A stretch of 64,000 nt of DNA, taken from assembly GCA_010093995.1 (NCBI GenBank), contig ML992512.1:124001-188000 (forward strand). The letters are read 5' to 3'. The DNA comes from Elsinoe ampelina (lineage: Eukaryota). The notes beneath the pieces are model-generated. The model made no database searches, had not been told where the DNA came from, and worked only from the letters and a program-made list of their open reading frames with translations. This document shows, piece by piece, positions 25,545-36,367 of the stretch (the first letter of the stretch is position 1; every line of letters begins with the position of its first letter). The position numbers and the translations under genes are program-made.

Positions 25545-27530
25545 ATGTCTACTACTAGTTTAACCTCGGGCGAACATAGAAGGTCTATTAGTATAGAAGA
25601 ACGAAGCAAGCCTAAGTTAGAAGTAGAACTCTTCTATAGGGACTACGTCTACTTAAGGCACTTCCTTGTTTAACTTAAAGCCTTCTTTACTCTAGAGAGA
25701 GACAAATATACTAACGACGTAGTAAAGGTTCTCTATACTAGGATATACCTTAAAGGCGCTACCTTTAGGTAGTTTAAGCCTTATATAAGTAGCTACCTAG
25801 ACGGATAACTAAGTCTAGATACGAAAGCTATCTTTAAGAGTTTTAGTATCTTCTAAGCGAAGATTAAGTAAGTCTTTAATATATCTAACAAGGAATATGT
25901 TACTATAACAAAGATCTAATAACTATAACAACGTAGGTCTATAGCCTAGTACTATTCCTAGTTCTAACAACTCGTAATACACCTAGACTAGGATAATAGT
26001 GCTAAATATTTAGCATTCTACTAAGGACTAAACGACTTAGTTAAAGACTAAATAATACCTAAGCTGCCTAATAGCCTCTAAGAACTAGTAGATACTATAA
26101 TTGCTATTAATAACTAACTTTATAAACGACATATAGAATGTTATAGAGAATATAAGGCAAACACTAGATATATGTGTTTCTTCTAAAACTATAGAGACTC
26201 TATAGAACTTAATACTATACGCGAAGGTTGCCCCTTATAGGTATAAGGCTAAAGTCGTAGAGGAAAGTTCCTTAGTAGAAAAGAGAGAGAGAAGTATAGA
26301 TAAGATAATCTATATTTTAAGTGTAAAAGACCTAGGTATTAGGCTAGGGACTACTAACAAGAGGCGCTAGCTAATAAATTACATATAATAGTTACTAGGC
26401 TAGTAGAGAAAAAGGCTAACACTACTATAGAAGACCTAATAACCTTTAGCGTAGGTAAGGAAACATAGAAGGAGTCTATAATAACTTAAGAGGTAGTAGA
26501 ATCCTCTCTAGATGTTATACTTAATATCTCTACGACCGATAGTAAATAACAAAGCTAATACGCGACGCTATTATAGATAGTATATTACGATAACTCTTGT
26601 TATATTTACTTATTAGACAAGTAGGGATCTAGTTAGTTTCTATATAAGCTATCTAAGCGTAGGTAACTAACGAAATAGCTAAACTAGGAACCTAACCTAG
26701 AAGAGCTCCCTATAATTAGTAGTAATATTAACTAACCTTAGAAGGTAGTTAGCGACAATTACTAATATATAATTATTAAGACGAAGTATTAGAGCGTAAG
26801 TACTATACAATAACATAGTAGCCTTACCTTTAGCTCTTATAGCACACTATAAGGAAAGGTATATTATATGTCGCTCTAGAAATATATAAATCTAGATTGT
26901 AAATAGTACTATACTATTTACTTATACGATGTACTTAGAGAAGAGGCTATTAGTCTTAAATACACTATAGACTTCTTAGTAATTAAAATAGGTAGTACTA
27001 TTCCCTATAGCTAAGTACAGGAATGTACTTAGTATAGCCTTACTAACTATAACTATGCTAGGGGTAGTAGCGACGAAGAGGAATATAACGAAGAATATAC
27101 TAAATAACTATAATATAACAACATAGATAAAGACTTATTTAATAATAACAACGACGATATACTACTACTAGGCGGACAACTTAAAGTATACCTTATAGGG
27201 ATATAGAGGAATTATATAATAATATACACCTACTACTAGAATAGGACATAATAAGACAAATTTACATAACTTGTTTTTGTCTTTAATACTAATGCCTAGC
27301 TACACCTAGAAGAAATAGTTATACTAATATAGGTGTATAACACTACTTAGTGTAACTAGTAGGGAATTATTAGACTTTATAGTTACTAAGGGACTTAGGC
27401 GCTAGAAGTTTACCTTACTATGTTAAATAGCGACAAAACATAACTTGTCTAATAGATATAGTACTAATAGTAGATACGTATAGGAAGGGATTAGCTACTT
27501 ATCTAAGGAGCTACAATAACAAAAAACTAG
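25545..27530 (+). pseudogene. RIP-degenerate long gag of element D (~661 codons)
   Basis: Intact ATG at 25545, in frame with knuckle CFEC.RPGHQARDC (~26313) and with the terminal aca aaa aac tag. Confidence 0.8.
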
Positions 27531-30500
27531 CTAGTTGTTACCTAATAAAGCAAGATAATAACACTAGCTAAAGCCTTAATATAATAAAGATCTACACGTT
27601 AAACTACTTTATACTAGAAGTCGAAATATAAGAGAGTAAGGTAAGAGCAATAATAGATTTAGGAGCTAACTATAGCTACGTCTCTATAACAGTTACTAAT
27701 TAGCTTAAACCTTATTAACACTAGAAGGAGTTACCTTACTTACTTACTATAGTAGATAGAACCTCTATAGGGAAGAACAGGAAAGTTACTTAGGAACTAT
27801 AAAACGTTATAATCTAAATTAAAACATATATAGAAAAACGATTAATCGATATAGTTAACATATAGTATAACATAGTACTTAGCATAGACTAGCTTTAATA
27901 ACATAATCTAGACGTAGACTAGATTAAAGAAACACTTAAATTTCCTAAGTGTAATTATAGAATATAAGGAGTATAATTAGCTCTACGGATACTAACTATA
28001 AGGACAGTATAGGTACAATTTATAGTTAGAGCTATTACTAGCGTAAGTAATTAAGTACTTCCGCTAGAATATAAAGACTTTAAGGACTTATTTAAAGAAA
28101 GAGAAAGTATTGTAGCCTTACTCTAATATAAACTATAGAATTACGAAATACTCTTTAAAGAGAGTAAATCCCTAATATACTATTAAGGTCTTATACTACT
28201 ATCGAAATAAGAAGAGAACGTCCTTAAGAACTATATCGATAAGTACTTACTTAAAGGATTTATACGATTATTAAAAATTACCTATTATATATAGAGTACT
28301 TTTTGTACCTAAAAAGAATAGAATATTATAAATATATATTAATTACTAGAAACTTAATACACTTACTAGGAAGAATTACTATCCCTTACTAAGGATTAAC
28401 AAACTTTAAGACTAACTACTTAGAGCTAAATAGTTCACCGCAATTAACATTAGAGACGCCTATTATTAAGTATAAATAAAGAAGAGTAAGGAGTAGAAAA
28501 CGGCTTTTAGGACGTAATAGAGTCTATATAAGTACCTCGTTATGCCCTTTAGGTTAACTAATGCTCCTATAACCTTCTAAGAGTTAATTAATAATACTTT
28601 ATAAGAATACCTTAATAACTTTATCTTAGCATATTTAGACAATATTATTATCTTCTTAAAGATATATAATAAACATATAGGATATATTTATAAAGTGATA
28701 TAGAAACTAGAAGAAAAAGACCTACTAGTAAAGCTCTCTAAGTGTAAGTTTTATAAATATAAGATACAATTTCTAAGCTATATTATATCTACTAATAGTA
28801 TCGGACCCGATCTAAAGAAGATTAAGTTAGTAAATAACTAGCCGGAACCTACGATAGTTAAGGAGGTTTAAGCGCTACTAAGGTTCTTTAACTACTACTA
28901 TAAGTTTATTAAAGGATTCTCTAAGGTAGCTACGCTAATATCTAACCTTACAAAAAAGGAAACTAGCTTTATCTTTAACGAGAGATATAGGTAGGCCTTT
29001 AAGGAGCTAAAGCTTAGGCTTATAATAGTACCTGTCCTAGCACTCTTCGACCTAGACTAATAAGCACTACTAGAAATAGATACTTTAGACTTTGTAATAG
29101 AAGCGTATCTAGCATAGAAGGACATAGAAGAATAACGCTACCTAATCGTATACTACTTATAAAAAATAACCGGACCTAAACTTAACTATAACATATACGA
29201 TAAGGAATTACTTATAATTATAGAAGCGTTCCGTAAATAGAGAGTATACCTAGAAGAGACAACCTTACCTATATAAGTCTATACCGACTATAAGAACCTT
29301 CTATATTAGATAATAACTAAGGTTCTTAATAGACAATAGGTTCGATAGTTAGAAACACTTATAAGCTATAACTTCTAGATCTACTATATTAAGGAATTAG
29401 AGAACGGCGGAGTAGATGCTCTTAGCTACTAGCTAAATTACTTAAAAAATATAACAGTAATAGAGGCCTCTATACTAAAGTAGTAGAATAGCGCTTTAGT
29501 CTATAAGTACCTAAAGGTAGAGTAGTTATATAGCCTTACCTAGGAGCTTATATAAGAACAGAAAAAAGAAGTTATTTAAATATACTATAATAACCTAACG
29601 GTAGAACATAGCAGGATTAATAAGACTATTAAACTTATTATATAAAACTACCTCTAGAAAGAACTCCAAAACAATGTTAAGACGTATATTGCTATATGTA
29701 ATATGTGCTATAAGTCTAAATACTCTCGATATAAACTATATAGCCTACTATAACCCTTGCTACTACTAGACAAACTATAGTAATTAGTTATAATAGACTT
29801 TATAGGACTTTTACCGCTATTAGAAGAACCTCTTACAGGTATAAAGTATAATAGTATCCTAGTTCTAGTAAATAGATTTACGAAGTATTACTACTTTATA
29901 CTATATAAGACAATAGTAACTACTAAGGATATAGCCTTTGCCTTCCTTCGAATAATTGTTTTACAACATAGAGTACTACGAGACTTAATAACTAATAGAG
30001 ATAAGCTATTTACGTTACAATTCTAGTAATTATTTATAGACCTACTAGGAGTTAAATATAAGCTATTAACCTTCTTTTATCTATAAACGGATAGACAAAC
30101 TAAATAGGCAAATTAAGTACTAGAGTAGTACCTATAATACTACCTAAACTATAAGTAAGACTTATAGGTAATACTATTACTACTCGCGGAGCTCGCTATT
30201 AACAATAGAAAGTTAGTAAATAGAATTTTACTATTCTACGTAAACTATAGAATATACCCGGATCTATACTATAATACACTTAGAATTAAGCTAATATCCG
30301 AGGATGCTAACATACTAGTAACTAATATTAAGAAACTATATAACTAGCTATACTATAATATAGTATTTATATTACGAAGAATAGTAGAGTTTACTAACTA
30401 GAAGAGAATTATAGGACTAATTCTATAGGAGAAGGAGAAAGTTTACCTCCTTAGTAAAAATATTAAAACGAAACAACTAAGTAAGAAACTTAACTACACT

Positions 30501-30920
30501 AAACTAGGACCCTTTAAGATCCTAGAAAAGAAAAACAAGAACATATATAAACTAGAACTACTAAGACAAATAAGGATCTATCTAGTCTTTTATATATTAC
30601 TACTAGAGAAAGTACTATAGAATACTATACCCGGACCTATTAAACTAGATAAAGAAACATAGGAGCTATAGTATAAGATCGAAAGGGTTTTACATTATAA
30701 ACTTATTAAAGAAAAACGCTACTACCTTATTTACTAGAAGAGACATTAGTATAGTAAAGTAATATAGGAATTAGAGAAGTACCTTACCTCGTAAATAATC
30801 CTAGATTACTAGAATAAGAACCTATTCTAAGTAAACTAACTAGACGGACCTAGTACTCCTAATACTAAACAAAAACGAGAATGCCTAAGGAAGGTTACTT
30901 AGCTAATAGAAGTACCTTAA
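27521..30920 (+). pseudogene. RIP-degenerate pol of element D (-1 frame to gag; PR-RT-RH-INT-chromodomain)
   Basis: De-RIPed AMIDSGA (~27646), WKTAFRT.WGLYEYLVMPFGLTNAPATFQ (~28494), AYLDDI, LETDASD, HPQTDGQTE, and chromodomain YLIHWKG..HSEATWE (~30722). Confidence 0.9.
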
Positions 30921-31447
30921 TCGTTGCTAAATAGAGAACTCTAGTCGAAGTTAGGCATAAATAATTACTAATCCTATAGTAGGACGGGATCTACTAACAA
31001 TAGTATTTCCTCCTACTCTAGGACTTAAATACGGGTCTCCTCTAGAGAAATTACTTTCTCCGCCTTATTCTTTAATTTCTATATCTCTTTATATAGGCGA
31101 AGCTTATTGCCTATAGCTCTTTAATAAGTCTCTTTTACCTTTTTATAAGCCTCTTTAGCTTTCTTTCTAGTAGCCTTAGCTATAACTAATTCCTTTCGTA
31201 AATAAATATGCTTAGACTAGAGACGCTACTATTTCGATTTTGTTACTTAAATATTATAACTAGAGTAGTTACTTACGACATACTAGCTATAGATACCCGA
31301 CCGAATATAGACCTTATAGTCTAGCCTCTTTAATTTGTAACGAGAATAAGCCTATAGTATATTAGTTCCGAATAGTTTAATAAACTTTAAGAGATTCTTT
31401 CGTGTAGATATACTAGATTTACTATGCCTTTAACAACTAGGAGGCAT
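30899..31447 (-). pseudogene. RIP-degenerate antisense ORF of element D: Zn2Cys6-like cluster plus coiled coil
   Basis: Homolog of 7057-7605 with the same length. The ATG is intact here (rc aat ATG cct cct), and all six Cys positions are TAT/TAC, the expected RIP products of TGT/TGC. Confidence 0.7.
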
Positions 31448-31521
31448 ATTTAGTATATAGCGCGTAAAGATAGAGAAGAATACTTACTCGTTAGAACAAC
31501 TCGATTAAAGGAGGAGGGTAA

Positions 31522-31985
31522 TGTTATAAACTAGTAGAATAAGCTAGAGCGTAGAGACGTTAGGACTAATTAAACTACTAAGGTTATTACGTGACCTAGC
31601 CTAATATTTACCCGGTTCTCTATCTTCTCTAGTAGCTCTACTCTAGAGACTATAGAGCGCGTAGGTTACTAGTAGACATGTACTCTATACTGCCCCTAGC
31701 TTTTACTATAAAGCATATAGAGTATATAGAGTACGCGATAGAGAATATAAGTATATAGGAATAGTTCTTACCTTATGTAAGTACTATAGTTAACCTCGTC
31801 TAGATAGCAAACACTAGTATTGCTAAGGCTAGCCTTTATAATACTATCTAATTGTACTTTATTATCTATAAGACATACCTTCTCTAACTCTTACCTTAGT
31901 CCTATACTACTATAGAAGTAGAACTACCTCGTTCTTAGCTTAGCTTAGACTACTAACGTAGGCTATGTTTAGACAGTTCGTGACA
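31522..31985 (+). repeat. 3' LTR of gypsy element D (464 bp)
   Basis: TGTTA...GTGACA followed by TSD ACTAG. Confidence 0.95.
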
Positions 31986-34062
31986 ACTAGATATTAAGTA
32001 AAATATAAAGGAGAATATAATTCTATATCTAGTATATATTATTAATCTTATTATATAGAATATTATTAAGTATCTAAAACTTAAAACAAGCAAAGAGATT
32101 AATATAGTAGAGAGGTTATAAAACTACTATATCTAGGATATTATAATATTAGTCTCTATTCCGAATTTACTATAGAAGATATATAGTATTTATTATATTG
32201 TTTTATTACGTTCTAATATTAGTAAGCTCTATATAATATATATTATAATTAATAGTTCCCTATAATAGTTTAAATAATTTATAGACCTTTAGAAGCATCT
32301 ACTACCTAAGAAGAGGTACTAAGTTATATATAATATTAAGACACGCTAGAATTTAACATATAATATATATAAGCAAGTATTAAAGCTTAAACCTTTTATT
32401 AAGAATTAGCTTAAGAATAAGACTATACTCCGAGTACTAAGGACTTCTTCTAAAGTATTAATATCTAAACTGCTCTCTAATATTAATAACTATAACCTTA
32501 CTAAGTTATTACTTAATCTAAATAAGTAGTAGCATCTTAAATTTATTATAGTAATACTAAAGAACTTTAAGAAAGTAATAATATAGCTAAGTACTAGTAG
32601 TCGACCTCTTCTCTAGTATATATAGACGATATATAATATACTCTTTAACTTCTTAGATAAAATTAAAGAGGGCCTAATTAGTACTAAGGATTATAATAAT
32701 CTACTTATATAGCTAGCTACTATATAAAAGGTAGTAGTAAAGGGACAAGAGAAGCTTAAGAAATACTATATATAAACTAAGGATAGGAAGGGTATACTCT
32801 ATAACTATATAATAATTCTTAACCCCTCTAAGAAGCTTATAGTATATAATATAAGCGCCTATAGTCTTTCTAGTAAGTAGTAGCTAATAATACTTAGAAT
32901 ATAGAGACTTAGGAACCTTACTATAAAGACAACTATTATAAGGAGTTCTTATAGTACCTTCGTTAGTATAATAAGATAGACCCCCTTAATTACTTTACTA
33001 GCCTCTACCTCTAAGCTATTATATTACTAGTAACGAGACTAGTTTAACTAACTAAAACGAAAGAAGCAAAGTTACGCTCTATTACTATAAAGCGATAGTC
33101 TATACTTCTTATTTATTCCCTCGAAGTATACTATAGTTAAAGAAGGTAAGAACTACCTTATAATACTACTAGTCTATATTTAGAAACTTAATATCTTATA
33201 GTAGTAGAAAGAGAAAGAGAAAGAATATCTATTACTATTACATATAGTAAAAGATATTCTAGTAATCCTAATTATAAGAGTTAGAGTTAAGTAAGTGTTT
33301 AATATTATAAAGAATATTATTAGTACACGGAGGTATAAATTAGTAGCCTAAACTATTTAGTAGCTTATAATATTAAAGTATAAGCTTAAAGTAGCCTCGC
33401 TATTAGGATAGATTAATATAGAACTAGAGATAGAGAATAAGGCTACTAATACTAACGATTTACTTAAATTATTATTAAGGACTAATATAAATTAACTAGA
33501 TAATATTACTATAGTACTAAGCTATAGTAATAATAACTACTCTAAATTAGAGAGAGAGAGAGTATAGGGAAGTTAATAGTATTCTAGTAGAAAGCGTTAG
33601 CAGATTTACTAGCTAGATTATATTTGTACTTCTAGTATAATTTGTATATTTTGCTTACTACCTCCCCTTACGTAATAAAGTAGCATAATAAAGTTAGACC
33701 TAAAAATTTATAAGATATAGTAACGCGCTAAGCTATAGAGTAAGCGCTTTAACTACTAACCTATTAGGTACTATTAGGCAGGTACTAGGTTAGGTACCCC
33801 CCCTCTAAGGGCAACACTATAACTATATACTAACCCTACCTACCTTAGTATAGTACCTAACCTAGGGTAACCTCTCCTTACTAAGCTTTTATACCTAACC
33901 CCTACCTAACGTAGTGCTATATCTATCTAAAAACTACCCTAGGTAGTTCTTAATAGATTCTAATACTTAAAAAGTAAGATAGTAGAGAATTAACTAATAA
34001 ATAGAGTAGGAAAGCAACTAAGTAATATACTTATATAGGGGTAGTTATACTAGGCTTATAAC

Positions 34063-34321
34063 TATTAATTTGTATAGGGGAGGAAAAAGAATTAATTACT
34101 GCCTAAACTACTAAAATAAGATAGATTATAACTATATAAATACTTAACCTAGTGTACTAAAAGATAGCTAAATTAAAAGAACTTCTTAATAGTAACAGAT
34201 TAAGACAATAATTATCTAATTTGATCATAGATTGGTAAAATAGTAAGATAGTGTTCAGTTTAGCCTTGGGATGAACTGAATCAGGGTCTTCTTGGCGCTC
34301 CAGCTTATGCCTCGGTTGACA
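34063..34321 (-). repeat. 5' LTR of copia element A (259 bp)
   Basis: Direct repeat of 1197-1455, followed by TSD GCGGC. Confidence 0.95.
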
Positions 34322-34844
34322 GCGGCTCAAAAGCACGTGAAGTCGACTGTCGGACCTTCCCGTTTCGGCATTTGTCCCGTGCCTAAACGCAGGGCAGGGC
34401 GAGAACAGAGATGCATTTCATTATTATTCAGCTGGGCCTAAACTTTCAATGTATAACGAAACCCAGCAGCTCGGTTCTCGCTACATGACATTTGATGCAG
34501 TAGAATGATCGCCTCGGTGTCATGCTCGAACATAGTTTTCCACAGTAAGATTGCATCGTTTCCACAGCCCCTTGGCGCATCTGGAAACGAAAAGCTACAC
34601 AAGACCCTTGAATCAACCCCAAGATCCCGCGCATAAGCGTGGAAATGGAGTGGAAATGCTTGCCGGCGACAGCTGTTTAGCGTGCTTCGAGAACTGCTTA
34701 TCATTTAATTTGATCGGGGGCGCTGCGCCCTTGGCTGACGATTCCCATCTGTATACATACATGAGGACTGCTGTTCCGTAGAAGCATGTTTCCATCATTC
34801 ACGTTTGGTGTCTGATCGAAAACACTCCAACGACAAGCGCCATC

Positions 34845-36302
34845 ATGGGAGACAAATACTACGGCGACAATGCCTACGAGGCACCTGGCAATGCAAGCGG
34901 TCTGCGTCCAACAGACTATGACGACCGTGATGTCTTTGGTCATGAGGAGAACCATCAAGTATGAAAGCTTGCATTCATGCAGCGGTCAGCCGTGTTGACA
35001 TCAACAGATCAAATACAAAACGCTATCATGGCAGCTGGTGGCGGTTTTGATGATCGCTGAGATCGTGTCCAATGGCATGCTCTCACTGCCATCCAGTCTT
35101 GCTGTCGTTGGGATGGTACCTGGACTAATTCTGATCATCTTTTTGGGTATATTCGCGACCTACACTTCCTGGCTTCTGGTCGAGTTCAAGATGCGACACC
35201 CACAGGTTCACACCATGGGAGATGCTGGAATGATCATGTTTGGTCCTATTGGCAGAGACATCCTGGCATTTGGGACTGTTGTATTTGCTGTCTTCGCAAC
35301 TGGAGGACAGCTTCTGGCCGGGCAAATCGCTTTGGCAAGTCTTAGTGACAACCGTCTGTGTCTTATGCTCTACACAGGCATCTTTGCGATTCCGACCACT
35401 CTTATCAGCTTCCCGAGGACGTTCGATGCACTCAGCTGGATCAGCATACCAAGTGTCATCTCCATCACAGTAGCTGGTATTGTGGGCATGATTGGGGCCG
35501 GCTTGTATCCCACACCCGAAAGAGAAGTCAGAGCTGCAGTCTCGTCCGACTTCTACACCGCCTTCTTTTCCATCACAAATCCCGTGTTCGCTTATGCTGG
35601 GCACTTCATGTACGTACATGATCGATGTTCTAGAAGTACCTTTAACTGACGGATGTGCGCAGGTTCTTCGTACTCGTATCAGAGATGAAGCAGCCGCAGA
35701 AGGCCATGCGTGCCGCATACACGCTACAAGGCTTCGCCACAACCTTCTACGCCATCTTTGCAGCGGTACTCTACGGCTTTGTCGGAAGCGAGGTTGCCAG
35801 TCCGGCATTCTCTTCCCTGTCACCAAGATGGCAAAAGGCAGCATACGGAATCGCACTACCTAACTTCTTGATCGCCGGCAGTCTGTACGCGCATACCGCC
35901 AGCAAGCTGGTGTTTGTCCGGATATTCCGACACTCTCATCACCTTCACAGCCATACGGTGAAAGGGTGGGCAACCTGGTCAGTCTTGATTGTGCTCATGA
36001 ACGGCGCTGCTTTCGTCCTGGCTGTTGGCGTGCCTGTCTTCAACTATCTTATTGGTCTGGCTGCGTCGTTGTTCGCCGCATGGTTCACCTACGGAATCGC
36101 AGGGATGTTCTTCTTGTACGATGCGTACAAGGACCATGGCGGGTGGAAAGAATGGGCTCGCCAGCCGGTTCAGTCGTCACTCGCGTTCCTGACCATCATC
36201 GTCGGCGCTTTCATCAGCGTGGCAGGCACCTACGTGTCGATTCGAGGTATCATCGAAGCTTATGACACTGGTGCGGTGCCGGCGGCTTTCACCTGCGGGT
36301 GA
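34845..36302 (+). CDS. Neutral amino acid permease, Aa_trans/Mtr-like family (exons 34845-34958, 35008-35609, 35663-36302)
   Basis: DVFGHEENHQIKYKTLSWQLVAVLMIAEIVSNGMLSLP and FAYAGHFMFF..SEMKQP motifs, many hydrophobic helices, and canonical GT-AG introns joining ORFs 35038 and 35655. Confidence 0.9.
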
Positions 36303-36367
36303 TCGTCTCCACACATTTCTGCATGTAGTTATCATGTAGATATCCAGAATGATGTGGTTCATAGTGA

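Larger units (their letters stand above)
24965..31985 (+). mobile_element. Element D: RIP-inactivated full-length Ty3/gypsy chromovirus (same family as C) inserted in the hAT transposase
   Basis: 464-bp LTRs at 24965-25428 and 31522-31985, TSD ACTAG at 24960-24964 and 31986-31990, and PPT AAAGGAGGAGGGTAA before the 3' LTR. Confidence 0.95.
23923..33620 (+). pseudogene. RIP-degenerate hAT transposase, split by element D (parts ~23923-24964 and 31991-~33620)
   Basis: De-RIPed BED-like finger VICNRC...AMERHLKSQKC (~24280-24375), VLDGWS (~24700), ADNASNN (24901), PCLAHIINL (~32022), TRWNSTYDM (~32342), and dimerisation domain ILQWWKEKEKEYPLLSRMAKDILAIP...VERVFN (~33190-33303). Confidence 0.88.
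19991..33941 (+). mobile_element. Element E: RIP-inactivated hAT DNA transposon (about 6.9 kb without insert D) in the 5' leader of copia A
   Basis: TIRs TAGAGTAGTTTTTAG (19991) and CTAAAAACTACCCTA (ends 33941). 8-bp TSD GGCAGTTC at 19983-19990 and GGTAGTTC at 33942-33949 (one CpA>TpA change). TAGGTA/TACCTA subterminal repeats at both ends, plus hAT transposase motifs. Confidence 0.92.
1197..34321 (-). mobile_element. Element A: RIP-inactivated Ty1/copia LTR retrotransposon (outer host of the whole AT-rich block; own sequence about 5.4 kb: 1197-5823, 19541-19990, 33950-34321)
   Basis: 259-bp direct repeats at 1197-1455 and 34063-34321 with TG...CA ends, and 5-bp TSD GCGGC at 1192-1196 and 34322-34326. 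Copia-type PBS relic GTTATAAGCCTA (cf. GGTTATGAGCCC) lies inside the right LTR and a PPT relic inside the left LTR. De-RIPed minus-strand motifs run in INT-RT-RH order: QAQNG..ER, QMDVVN.Y, NKALYGLKQAPALW, DWKA.KQ.TVTTSTTEAELLAL, HVDIH.HWLKQE, MPADGFTK. Confidence 0.93.

Noticed and set aside
20930..25609. Short Ile/Leu/Tyr/Ser-rich ORFs in the track (20930-21133, 21411-21680, 22601-22813, 25412-25609)
   Set aside because: These are chance frames in RIPed AT-rich DNA. Only part of 21411-21680 coincides with a degenerate hAT accessory gene, and none is a functional CDS.
1197..34321. Centromere, horizontally acquired low-GC island or mitochondrial insertion
   Set aside because: The low GC is explained by RIP of identifiable TEs, and no mitochondrial genes were seen. 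Centromere function cannot be judged from sequence and needs CENH3 ChIP or Hi-C.
1197..34321. Starship-type giant element
   Set aside because: No tyrosine-recombinase captain was recognised. The boundaries are ordinary LTRs with a 5-bp TSD.
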